Under the pieces are notes generated by a model. The model was not told the origin of the DNA, did not search any database, and saw only the letters and a list, made by a program, of their open reading frames with translations. 64,000 nt of DNA, from NCBI RefSeq assembly GCF_021869535.1, contig NW_026262712.1:92752001-92816000 (forward strand), read 5' to 3'. Both the position numbers and the translations under genes were made by a program. Positions within the stretch are counted from its first letter, which is position 1. Every line of letters begins with the position of its first letter. This document shows, piece after piece, positions 13,040 to 26,200 of the stretch. The stretch comes from Mytilus californianus. Its lineage: Eukaryota.

Positions 13040-15128
13040 CATTCCAGCACTTCTTAGTCTGAATCGCTCACCTGTCAAAATTGAAATAATACCTATTATA
13101 ATTTGCAAGATAAAATGCAAAAACGTGAATATAAGTGAAAAATGTCATTTGAGGGCAATAACTCCTATGATGAGTTTTCTGATTATTTTGATGCATACAA
13201 GAAGTAGGTAGATATTGAAATTCTGAGCATTTTTGCACCTGTTATTACTTTAATATTATAGTTTTCAAGATACAAGACAATCATTGGATTATACCCTTAT
13301 GTTCTATTTTCAGCCATGGTGGCCATCTTGGTTGACTGACTAATTAAAAAACACAAACATTGTACTACATACCCTAGGAATCATTCACCCCAAGTTTGGT
13401 AGAAATTGGTTCAGTAGTTTCAGAGGAGAATATCTTTGAAAAGGTATACGATGGACAAGGAAATTAGTAAAAAAATTGTCATTCAGGGCTATAACTTCTT
13501 ATAAGCACCTGCTTGTTTCTGTTATATCGTTTTTTTTGTAGATCTTGTATTTCAGATTATTTTTGCTGTTTAGTTTCTGCTATAATTTTTGAGATAAAAG
13601 GCAACAACACTAAAAATAGTCAAATAACTGTTGACACAGAGATATGTCTTGCCTGTTCAAAAATTCAAAAAAAGATTATCTGATGGACAGCAACATTGCT
13701 AACCAATTCAATTCAAGTCGATGGGGGCAGAGCCTTGAACAAGTCTTCAAACTGATATGTAATTATAGTAATGCGATTTTATAGAACATATCATTGATCT
13801 ATCACAAGTAGTTCCTATCAAACTGATTTAAGCAGAAAACTTAACATTAAAAATTGCCAATTAATTCAAAGTCACTGGACCATGACCTAGAAGACAGATC
13901 CTCGAAATAGTTGTCAATCTAATATGTAGTACTGATAGTAATGTAACTTTATAGAAAATATCAATGATCTATTACAAGTAGTTCCTTTCAAATTGACTTA
14001 AAGGAGATGTGACACAATTTTTGTTTTTCTTTTTAATTTATTAATAAATACTAGTCTTAAAACAAGTTTCACATAATTTTGCTAGTCAAAACCTGATCAA
14101 TCCTCATTTTTTAGGTCAAAGAATCCATCCCTTGTCAAAATCAATGATTTTTATTTTGATAACGTTCACATGATTGTGCTTACGTCAGAAGTTCCAAGCT
14201 GAGAAAATGTCTCAAAATGGACGGTGTCGATCACTTTTCTGCATAATTAAACAGTTTTCCGGGCAACTCCCAAACTTTGGATATTCTACCTTATCAATTT
14301 GAGCCATTAAGTGTGAAAAATAATCAAGTAGAAGACATTTAGCAAAAAAGTTAACATTGAAAATGGCTAATTAAATCAGTCACTGGACCATGATCTAGAA
14401 GGCAGGGCCTCAATATAGTCATCAAACTGATATGCACTGATAGCATATACAAAATATCATTGATCTATCACAAGTTGTACCTATCATCTGACTTAAGCAG
14501 AAACTTAACAATTGTTGACACATCATCTGCCGTCGCTGCCAACACCGCCTGAAAAGCATGACACATGTATGACTTTCTGTGATTTCCATCACAGGTGATA
14601 CAAAAATCCTGATTTACAGGCAATAACACTTTATGGGGTCATTAAATGGTTTAGATTATATTGGCATTTATGTAGATCTTGTGTTGCTGATCACTTTTGT
14701 CATTAATAGCTTCTACCTACCTAATATAGATTTTGAGTTATTATGCAAAAACATAAAAATTAGCCAAAAATCATCATTTAAGGGCAATAACTCCTAAATG
14801 TGTCATCAGATAATTTTGGTGCAAACAAGAAGTAGGATGATCTTGATATTCTGAGCACTTGTGTCCATGTCAGATTTTCTTTATCTATTACAGTTTCAAG
14901 ATATAAGACAATTAATGCATTTTACCCATTGTTCTATCTTTAACCATGGTGGACATGTTTGTACATGGACGGGGAAAAAAACACACAATTAATACAAGAT
15001 AGCCTATGGATCACTCACCAAAAGTTTGGCAGAAATTAGTTCAATAGTTTTAGAGGAGAAGATCTTTGAAAAATATTAAGACTACAGATGAGAAGTGATG
15101 GCATGGCCCTTTGGGTGAGCCAAAAAGG
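13040..15128 (-). mobile_element. HINE-type element (gctcacc/ggtgagc family) with a nested 31088-like element at about 13625-14606
   Basis: Ends aatcgctcacctg ... ccctttgggtgagccaaaaa; repeated ggcaataactcc core; nested cacagagatatgtcttgcc...gtgatacaaaaa. Confidence 0.6.
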
Positions 15129-18067
15129 TACAAAAGCAACCTGTCTGTTATATTGCTTTCAATAACTTTGTACTCAAGAAGAAAAAACTATGTTTTTACT
15201 ATATAAAAATTTTATTTTTACAATATCAATCTTGAAAATTAAACATTTTTAAATACTGAACACAATAGCAAATTGTATCTTGTCATGTATATATATATAA
15301 TATGTTTAAAATTTTAATGAATCAAATTCAAAAAGTACCATGCACTACTCACTGATATCAGAATAAACTTCTAAAAAGATAATTGTCTATACAATCAAGT
15401 AATTAATTATTCTGATTCTAATATCTGTAAAGAAGATTGGATTCACAAATATAGTAGAATTCGAAGATTCTGCAACAAGCATAGAAGCACTATTCAGACA
15501 TTATTAAACATGATGCACCAAAATAGCCTTAAATAACAAACAATAACAATATGTATGTGGTATATATACATCTATATATAAATATAGTCAGGGATACCAT
15601 CAATGAGACAATACCTCTACATAACAAAAGATATCCAGAAGTTAACTTATATGTAGTCTTCAACAATAAAGTCATATTTCATTCATCAGCTGACTATAGT
15701 TTTTGACATGTAAGGAAAAGGACAAGTCTTTTTAAATATTAAGAATTTTGAAAAGAAGAATCTGTGTCCATAGGTCACCAACCCTGCTAGCAATATATTT
15801 CTATGTTCAGTGAACTAAAAATCAGGGTCAAAACCCTTATAAGGCATATCACTTTAAAAGTTAACATCAGAATGAACATGTATCCCAAGTTTCAAGTTGA
15901 TTTTACCACAACTTCATTGTAAACTACATGATAGATGAATAGACAGACATACAGACGAGAAAACATAATAACTACTCACTTTAGTAGATGGGACAAAAAA
16001 ATATTGTTTTCAAGTTTCTGCTTTGTTTCCTAATACCGTAATTAAGTCTATATTTGTTTTGTATGTAACATTGACTGTATAGTGACCTCTAGATGTCCTT
16101 TTCTTGTCAACTTGTGATGTTGCCTCTAAATGACATTACCTTTACATTGCCTTTTGGCTGTAATGGTATGAAGATATAAAATTATTATATCACAGGAGTA
16201 AGTTCACGAAGGGTTAAAATTGGCCCCAAGATTTTAATACTACAAATTTTACAAAGAATTAGTTATGATATAACTATGCGTACAAATTAACTTCTTTTTG
16301 GAACATCACATTAAAAATATCGAAGAAATGACCCCTCAAGTATGCATTATTTGTGTTGTAAGGTAAATTTTGGTCAAATTTTCAATAATTCTTAACAGTT
16401 TTTAACATAATTTACTTTGGCCGCCACCACTGATCCATAAGGTTTTATGTCTAGGGTTTCAATATCATCACTAGCAACTTTTGGCTACAGTACATTTTGG
16501 ATCCTAGGTTGCGGCCAAGTGTTTCCGGAAGCTATTAGGTCAGAAAAATGCACAAAATCTTTTTTTTTTTTATATTACAGTATATCCAAAATGTGCTGAC
16601 TTTGAAGCCTAGAATGTACTCTAATGAAGAGATTTGTTGAACCTAGTAGTAAGGCTTTTGAAATAGATCCGTTTAAGAACCAAATTATGGCCATTTTGAA
16701 ATTCTATGAAAAAGTTAAAATTCAAGGCCATATTTGGCCTAAAGTGAACCTTGTCCTTTACATGTTCGAAACCAAGTGACAATTCATTTATTCCTTATAT
16801 TTTCCTCTATTCATTACAGTCACACCGTGTATATTGTTTTTGCTGAAGACTTAGGGACATTTTTCAAAACATCTCTCACTCCTTGCTAGACACCAACAAT
16901 TAAAATTCAAACTTCAACACCCTAAAGTCTATAAATCAATTTGTCTGAACAAAAAGTTGGGATTCATGGTTCCAATTGTTCCAAAATGAAACAAATGGAA
17001 CCATTAATAAAATAATAATATTCTACAAAGAGGGTAGAGCAATATGAAGGTTTTGAAATTTGGACTACAACTGGATAAAGAAAGTATATGGTATAGGGAC
17101 AAAAATTTAACCTTGCACCAGGTAGTCCATTGACCCAACTAAAAGTTTGCAAAAAATAGTTCCTATTTTCAAAGTAAACCATAATAACAATCTCATTAAA
17201 ATCAGTACTATGTTTGTCTCAAATGGCATAGTTTGAATTAATCAGAGCCAAAAAAACACCAGCTGATTTTAATCAGATTGTCATAAATAATAGCAAATTT
17301 ATTCAATAACTAACAATATACACTATAAATAATAGAATTTGAAAAGAGTTTCATAGAGCCCTGTGTCTGGCCTGAAAATGTCACTGTCAGTGTAAAAGTG
17401 TTATGTTGACTGCCAAAAACTAAGTCCTAACTTCAGTAAAATACAGAAATTTTTTTAAAAATAATTTTTTTATCTTGAGATATTATTTCTTGATCATGAA
17501 AAAGCTTCTGTCCAAGTTATGTAACATTCAATAAAAGTTTAACAAAGTTATTGATGTCTTTAAAATTTTTAGACACAGACTGAATCTGAATGTTGATAAA
17601 TCCAACGAGGCAGATGATGAATGTAGGATCCCTATGGATACCATCTTGTCTTTTGATACAGGCAGGACAATAAAAGCATTGTCCTTTTACAAACCAATGT
17701 AGGAATTTTGTGTCAGAAATCACATAATTTTTTTTATCTAAATGATAAGTCTTCCAAAGGAATTGCACTCCAGTATCAACATTTGCTTATTTCATAAAAC
17801 ATCTGGTAATCTTATTGTTTTCTGCTATTTATCCATCAATAATGGTGCAGGACTCCATACTACCTTAAAAATGACAAACTGCTTTATAGTAAAACATGCA
17901 AAAATAACATATTGAATTGAAAATTTAACAAATTATTTATAACATAATAACTATTTATATGATGATTTTTTTCAATGAAATCAAACATGTACAATAGCAT
18001 TGATCTAAGTATCATGGATTTGATACATCACTAATGACATTCTCACATTGATTGATGATTGATACCA

Positions 18068-18297
18068 TCATGGCATGGATTTGAAATCACTAATGGCATT
18101 CTCACAAGTTTCTAATTTCTTTTCAACTTTAAGTTTAGATTCTGCCAGTTTATTCTTGACCTCTGACATTTCCATAGTCTGGTCAGTTAATTCGTGAATT
18201 TCTGTTTGGAGCTGCTTCACTTTATCTAGGTGGTATTTTAATATAGAATTTCTGCTTGCAACTGTTTCCATGTTGGACTCACATTTCACACAAACTT
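18068..18297 (-). CDS. ANK gene terminal exon (coiled coil)
   Basis: tttctatttgtag|(E)VCVKCES...[50 protein letters not shown]; heptad pattern. Confidence 0.72.
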
Positions 18298-21200
18298 CTA
18301 CAAATAGAAATATCATTTTATATCATTGTTTAAGTGGGATCTCTGTGGGAATAATGATTTTATTTTGTTTTATTTTGGAATTGATAGGGATGCATGGGGT
18401 AAGGGATGCATGGGGTATACACTATTATACACTAATGAGACATCAACCCAACAACAACAAAAAATAAAATGATCCAATAGACACAGAGGTTGAACCCTGA
18501 ACAGTTGGGGCAAGTATAGAAACTACATTCAAGCTTGATACAGCTCTGAATTTGGATTGTGATTAAATATTTGACACAGCATTGGTTTCGACACAGAATG
18601 AATGTGGTCAAAGAACAGAAAAATTTGTATTGGATTTTTACCTATTATGGTTCAATATTTAAAATCTAAATACATGGTTCGATTCAGCATATCCTAGTAT
18701 ACCAAGAATTTAATTTAATCATTTATTAATGGACAATATTAGCTAAGTTTTCAAAGGTGTTCACTTCATCAAAATACATATATGCTATTTTTAGACATTA
18801 TATATATAAATAAATATTGTTTGGGGTATACCATCTTTCCGCAAGTTTATTGTTTTCTGTTTGATATTAAATTAATATTTAAGATCCATTTTGTTACATC
18901 TGGTGATCATTTTATTTGGCAATCGCCAATGGCAGTCAGCAGGGTTTAAGAACATCCGTTGTTTGACCTGCAAGTCAAATGCGTTTTGTTAAAATATACT
19001 TTTTCACTTTTTTGGTCTTTTGGAAAATGTTGTTTGTGCTGTATTTAGACCCCTTTACCAAATTTGTTTTGCATGCACCGAAAGCTTTATTCTTATAGAG
19101 CCTAGGAGGTCGAGTGGTCTAGCGCGTCGGTGCAAGGCGACTTGGTGCCACGATATCTCAGTAGCATGAGTTCGAATCACGGCCAGGGAAGAACAAAAAA
19201 TTTGCTTCCGCAAATTTACAGATCTAAACATTGTTGGGCTGTTGTTTAGACGAATTATATATATATTTATATATATAATGTCTAAAAATAGCAAAAATCA
19301 ACATTCAATCTATCTAGGAGTGGATCAGTTTGAAAAAAAAAAACTGATGCAGTTACTAAATTAAATTATATAACTGCCTAAGAATGTAACTTTAACACAC
19401 GAATGAGTGTTATAAAAATAGTTGTCATATTTTATATATTCACGCAATATTTCGCTAAACAAATTAGCGTCATCAGGCGTGTGTAGCCATCCAGGTAAAA
19501 AATCAGATGCTGTAAAGAAATTTTTGCAGCTTAATGTAGATGTCTTTGAGATTTTTGGGTCTGTGATAAGCAATAACAGGTGATGGAAAAAATTCTTTTA
19601 AGGAAGAGTCATTTTCAATAAGACGCCAGTGCTTGCAGACAGTAGATGAAATATTTGTCAAATCGGGATGGAAGATGACAACAAACGGAATTCTATCTGT
19701 GCAGGTCGTCTTATCTTTGTATTTCATAAGGATCTTTCGATGTTTTTCTTGGGCTTTATCGAAAGCTTCCTTGATATTTTTGTTTTTGTATCCTCTTAAT
19801 TTTAGTTGTTTTCTGAGTTGTCCCAAACGGTCGTTGAGTTTGGATTCCGAGGAGCAAATTCGCTTTAGTCTGATGGCTTGACTGTAAGGAATGCTCTATG
19901 AGCAGTGTTTTGGTTGACAACTTTTTGGAGAGAGAAACTGGTGTTTGTCAGTTTTTTTTGTGTGGAGATCTGTTGTCATGACCCCGTTTTTTACAAATGT
20001 GGTGGTGTCGAGAAACGCAATTTTCTCGCTTGAAAATTCAGATGTAAATTTTATTGAATGATGGAACTTGTTACAATGATCTAAAAAGTCTTGTAGATGT
20101 TCTGCAGTATCGTCCATTTCATGGCAATATCATCAATCAAACTGAGCCAAGACAAGTGTTTGTATGGCACACTCAAAAGAATGCGTTCTTCAAGATCCTC
20201 ATAAAAAAAGTTGGCAAAAGAAGGTGCCATTTTTGTTCCCAAACTAGTACCGTCAATCTGTAAAAAGTGCTTGTGTTGAAAATAAAGTTATTATTTTCAA
20301 GCACTAGTTTAAGTAACAGAACTAGACAGTCAGTTGGGGGATGTTTATCCTTTCGAGTGTTCCATACTTTTTCACACGAGGTTATTCCTTCATTTTTTGG
20401 AATATTAGTGTATAAAGAACACACATCCATCGAAACCAAAATTGTGTTGTTAGGTAAGGGACTTAAGGAATTCATTTCTTCAAATAGTCAGTTGTATCTT
20501 GAATATGAAATGGCAGTTGTCTAACATGTGGTGTAAGATGGTAATCAACAATTTCTGAAATTTTTTCAGTAGGATGACCATTAGCTGATACTATAGGTCT
20601 CCCTGGAATCCCTTCTTTATGGAGTTTTGGAAGTAAATAAAATAGACCAGCTGTGCGAGTTTCATCTGGGCGTAGATAATCGTATGTGTTGTCATCAATT
20701 TGTTTATCTTTCTTCATTTCCGAGAGGACGTCATTTTTTTTTTTTCTGATTAGTTTGATCACATGTTAACTCTTTATAAAATTTAGTATTAGAGAGCTGA
20801 CGATTCCCTTCTTCAATGTAGTCTGCCTTGTTCATCACAACAACGGTACTTCCTTTGTCTGCTTGTTTGATAACAATGTCGTCATGGTCTTTTAAGTTTT
20901 TCATGGCTTGGCTTTCTGACTTCTTTCTATGTTGTGATGTTACACTATTGTTTCAGATAAGGGTGAAGGTTTGGTACCATTAAAACGTTTAAACCCGCTG
21001 CAATTGTTTGCACCTGTCCTAAGTCAGGAATCTGATGTTCAGTAGTTGTCATTTGTTGATGTGGTTCATAAGTGTTTCTCGTTTTTTATATAGATTTATA
21101 GACCGTTGGTTTTCCCGTTTGAATGGTTTTACACTAGTAATTTTTTGGGCCCTTTATAGCTAGCTGTTCGGTGTGAGCCAAGGCTCTGTGTTGAAGACCG

Positions 21201-23251
21201 TACTTTGACCTATAATGGTTTACTTTTTTAAATTTTGACTTGGATGGAGAGTTGTCTCATTGGCACTCATACCACATCTTCTTATATCTATTTGAAATAG
21301 TCCATACTTGTTTACCACTGATTGAAGATCTGACTTCAGCTTTAACTGATGTTATAAATGATTCCAAATTATGGTTTTTGCTTTTAGGTGGATTCCATGT
21401 ACTTTTCTTTTTAAATCTGAGGATGCATATGTCTCCTTCATCACTTTCATATTCAGATTCATTCATTCTGGTTTCTTTTAAATTTTTCTTCTGTTGTCTT
21501 CTGAAATGTTCTTTCAAACGAAGACGCCTGGCAAATTCTTCTACATCTGTCTCTAATTGTAAATTATTGAAGGTAGCTGGTACTGGACAGAAATTAAGGC
21601 CTTTACTCAATATTTTTTCTTCAAAGGCAGTTAGTTCTATTGATGACAGATTTACAACTAAATTATCTTGGACTGAGTGTTTATGTTTCTTAAAACGTTT
21701 TTTTCTCTGTCGTTTAAATTTACTTTCTCTTTAAATTTGATTTTTTTTCAAAAACAGAACTTTGTTAGTTGAAACGATCTTGTATGAATTTCTTATTCTC
21801 TGTGGCTTTGAAATTTTGTTTTTCTATTTTTTGGATGTGGGATAGTCTTCTCTGAATTACTTCCATGTCTTTAGTAGTAACAGGCAGTGGTGATTTTAGA
21901 AACGTTTCATTTACTTCTGAATTAATTTGTTTGTAACTGTAGATAGAAAAAGAGAGTAAAAGTTGAAGAAGTCGGAAAGATCAATTGAATAAAATATCGT
22001 CCGAACGTTTCATAAACCTGTTTACACCCAGTGTTTGAGGTGTCAATTTGATATTTAAACCTTTTGGTATTATGTTGTCATCTATGTACGATTTAAGATT
22101 TGAAACAAATTCACTGTAACATACATATATAAATATATATGTTACAGTGAATTTGTATAAGCAGGGATTATGTAGAATCCCTGATTTTTCAAGAATTTTG
22201 CATAATCACTAAAATCATTAGTGATTATATATAATCCCTAGAAATGATCAGTGATTTTACATAATCACTGAAAATTTTAAGAATTCTTTGACAAATTCCC
22301 TGAAATGATTTCAGGGATTATCAATAATACAAAGATCCTTTGCTTGATAAGAATAAGTCAAATTTGACAAATATATCATATGTATTACCCTTTATGGTTT
22401 AAGTGGACAGTTTTCATTCACTGTCCATTTATCAAATCTTATTATAAAAGTGAACAGTTTTACTGGTGATATTCTATTCAACTGTGTTGAACCACATTTA
22501 GTCATAAACAAAAATGTATTTAAAATTGAAATTATTAATACTAACATGAATGCATAGATCATGTAATTTGTTGTAAAACAAAGGGAATGAAAGGGATTGA
22601 ATCTCTATTTTATGTTTTCTTTGTTCCAAAGAACAAGGAATTCAAACTAAGCAAAGCAATGCAACTAAAGGTACAGAAACACAAACAGAACACATGCTTA
22701 ATGGATTGAACACAATTTTGGATGTGGCCAACATTGGCTGTAATGTTATACCGATTCCGGCGATTTTTTCTGCATGTTGATCATGGAAAAGGAGACCACA
22801 AAAGTATATGGGCTGTTCCATAAAAACATACATGGGAACCAGGGAAGGCACTTCCAAATCTCAACTATGGGTGGGTGTCATCTTTGTTTATGCATAGTGG
22901 AAATATAAACGAAATTCTAATATGCCTCTATAGGTGGTTACCCCATTTTTGAAGTGCCTTCCCTGGGTACCATGTATGTTTTAATGGAACAGCTCTAATG
23001 ACCATTGTTCATAAAAGGACTGAAAATGAAAATGCTTTGCTATGAACCATGAAAATTTTGTCAGATATTACACAAGGAATCAATTAGAAGTGTCTGATTG
23101 ACCATTTTAGCACCTTCAGATGTTTCTGATTAACACAAGAATATTGTGCTTACAAATTTAATATTCATGTTTCTAAAATTATCAGTGATTATACATAATC
23201 CCTGAAAATTGCAGGGATTCTACATAATCCTTAATTATACACATTTTTTGT

Positions 23252-23295
<44 letters not shown>

Positions 23296-26200
23296 TAATT
23301 ACTCTAAATATCACCATAACAATGTTAAATCTGCAAATTTGTGGAAGCAAATTTTTGTTCTTCCCTCGCCGAGATTCGAACTCATGCTATTGAGATATCG
23401 ATACAATATTGTAATTAAATATTTGACATAGCATAGTTTTCTGACACAGAATGAATGTGGTCTAAGAACTTAAAAATTCAAAATGGGACATTCACCTATT
23501 ATGGTCTAATTTCCAAAATCTAAATACATGGTTAGATTCAGCATATCAAAGAACCAATTCAATTTTTGATGAAATCAAACAAAGTTTAATTTTGGACCCT
23601 TTGGACCTTAATGTGGACCAATTTGATAACATGGCCCAAAATCCAAATACATGGTTAGATTCAACATATCAAAAAACCTCATATATTCAACTTTTGTTGA
23701 AATCAAACAAAGTATAATTTTGGACCCCGATTTGGATCAACTTGAAAACTGGGCCCGAAATAAAAAAATATAACTACAAGTTTAGATTCAGCATATAAAA
23801 AAAAACCTTGAATTCCATTTTTGTTAAAATCAAGCTAACTTTGACTTTGGACCTTAATGTGGACCAATTTGAAAACCAAGCCAATTAATCTAAATACACG
23901 GTTAGATTCAGCATATAAAAGACCTTCAAGAATTTATATTTTGGTGAAATTAACATGATTAAACAAAGTTTAATTTTTGACCCTTTGGACCTTAATGTGG
24001 ACAATTTGAAAACTGGGCCCAAAATCATTAATCTAAATACACAGTTAGATTTAGCATATTAAAGAACCCCCAGAATTCAATTTTTGTTGAAACCAAACAA
24101 AGTTTCATTTTGGACCCTTTGGACCTTAATATGGACCAATTTAAAAAAGGGCCCAAAATCAAAAATCTAAATACGCGGTTTTGGTATATCAAAGAACCCC
24201 AATAATTCATTTTTATATGAAATCAAACAAAGTTAAATTTTATACCCTTTGGACCTCAATGTGGACCAATTTAAAACGGGGCCAAAAATTCAAAATCTAA
24301 ATACACGATTAAATTCAGCATATCAAATAACCCTAAGAATTTAAGACTTTGAATTAAACCCCATTGAAATTGGTCAAGAAATAAGCAATTTACACAAAGA
24401 ACTAGGTACGAGAAGGCTACCTTTTTGTTATTTGAATTTGAAAAGCTAAATTTAAAAAAAAAATATCATTCAACATCATTCAGATGTTCACAAGACATCT
24501 GTCAGATATCAATATCTTTACTTTTGAATTGTTTCTTAGGTATTTGTGTAAGGGCTTCAGCCTTTTTACATCTAATGGAAAAATGCAAATACTGCCAAGA
24601 TAGATTCATTTTGAAATCTTGTCATTAGTATTTAGATCAGTCAATGCCTTACTCAAAAAGATGTTTTTCTACAAGATTTCTTATACAAAGATGTGTATCA
24701 AGTACATATGTGTGTAAAGACTTGGTTCATAGCTAATTTTACCAAAAAATTATGAGTAAATTGCACTTTTAGGTCAAATACATCAATTTCAACATGCTTA
24801 TGATGTCATAATGACAACACAACTGACATTTCTGAACTCAAGTTTCCAGATTAATTCATCCTATTCATTTATTTATCAAGAAAATTAACATTATTTTGAA
24901 AGAATTGAAAATGTTTCCTTTTGAAATTTCATGGGACAAATATTGGCACTAGTTATATCTCCTACTTGATTTAGGACATACATGTATGTTAGGTTTACAA
25001 CTATCAAAATACTTGTATTCATTGTACATCCAAGAACAGAAGTTCAGTTAAAGGGGCATTAGCTACGAAGTTGACAAACAAATCAAAATATGACCTACGG
25101 AAATCTTCAGAGATCATCTCAATGGTTAATTACATGGAGATGGCGTCTATTCTAAAATACACACGAAATGTTGATACACACATTGTAAATTGTTTTTTTT
25201 TTTACTTTTTGTAATTTGGATAGATGTTTTAGTATGTTGTAAAAAATCAATGAACATGGATTTGACAATTAAGGCCCCTTTAAGATAAGTTTCCAGTTGA
25301 TATAAATTTTTGCACAGGCATTGTTTACTGAACAAGCTGACAGTTGAACTTCTTCAATATATAAGAACCAGATTTTTTAATTAGAAAAATATGATAAGTT
25401 AATTTATTTGACAAGACATAATAAAGGCAACAAGATCACATAAGAAAATTATTCTACTTTATAAAAAAAAAACAAAGTGCAGAGAACATGGAAAACTAAA
25501 GACATTTGGACTTGAGTGTATGGTCATCGATTCAACCTGGTATGTTGATAAATGTTCTGAAGCTAAGATGTTACCTTTGTACTGTTTTTCAAGATTGTCT
25601 TTCTCGTCCATATATCTATCCCTGTCCTTGTACAGCGTTTCTAGAAAATCATGTTTGGTGTTTTCACTACACATAGACAGATAGGACATTATTCCTTTTC
25701 CGTTCCCATGATCAGAATCTATACTACCTTTAATAATATAAGAGGTAAAAACACATTCAATATAATCATGGTAATCTAACTCAAATATAGAAGTACTTCT
25801 GTGTTTTTAGTATTGAATCATTTAAATATTGAATAATTACATTGTATCTTCATTGAATTATTTAATAATACTTTATGCTAAAATGCCACATTTCAAACTT
25901 GATCTGTGTTTTGTGGTAATAAGCATTGTGTATAAGTTTCATAACGTTTGGTTGAGGCAAACTTAAGTTAGAGAACGGAAACTAAAAATTTTGCAATTTT
26001 TCCATTTATAAAGGGGCATAACTCTAGAACAGTTAAAGTGACGCCACCAAAATTCAAATTTGATCTGTGTCTCTGGAACGGTTAGAGTGACGCCACCAAA
26101 ATTCAAACTTGATCTGTGTTTTGTGGTAATAAGCATTGTGTATAAGTTTCATAACATTTGTTGAGTCAAACTCAAGTTAGAGAACGGAAACCAATTTTGG

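Noticed and set aside
16190-17365. Possible TIR element (cacagg...cctgtg) with ORF 16964..17182
   Set aside because: The terminal match is too short and the ORF has no recognisable domain.
19100-19190. Possible tRNA gene
   Set aside because: It has A and B boxes, but no complete cloverleaf, and it continues into a repeated body and TA tail. It is a SINE.
24480-24570. Candidate ANK exon (ccattag|ATGTAAAAAGG...AAA|gtaaag)
   Set aside because: It is not needed, because 25575 splices in phase to 18297 and gives a continuous coiled coil. No single reading frame fits both neighbours.
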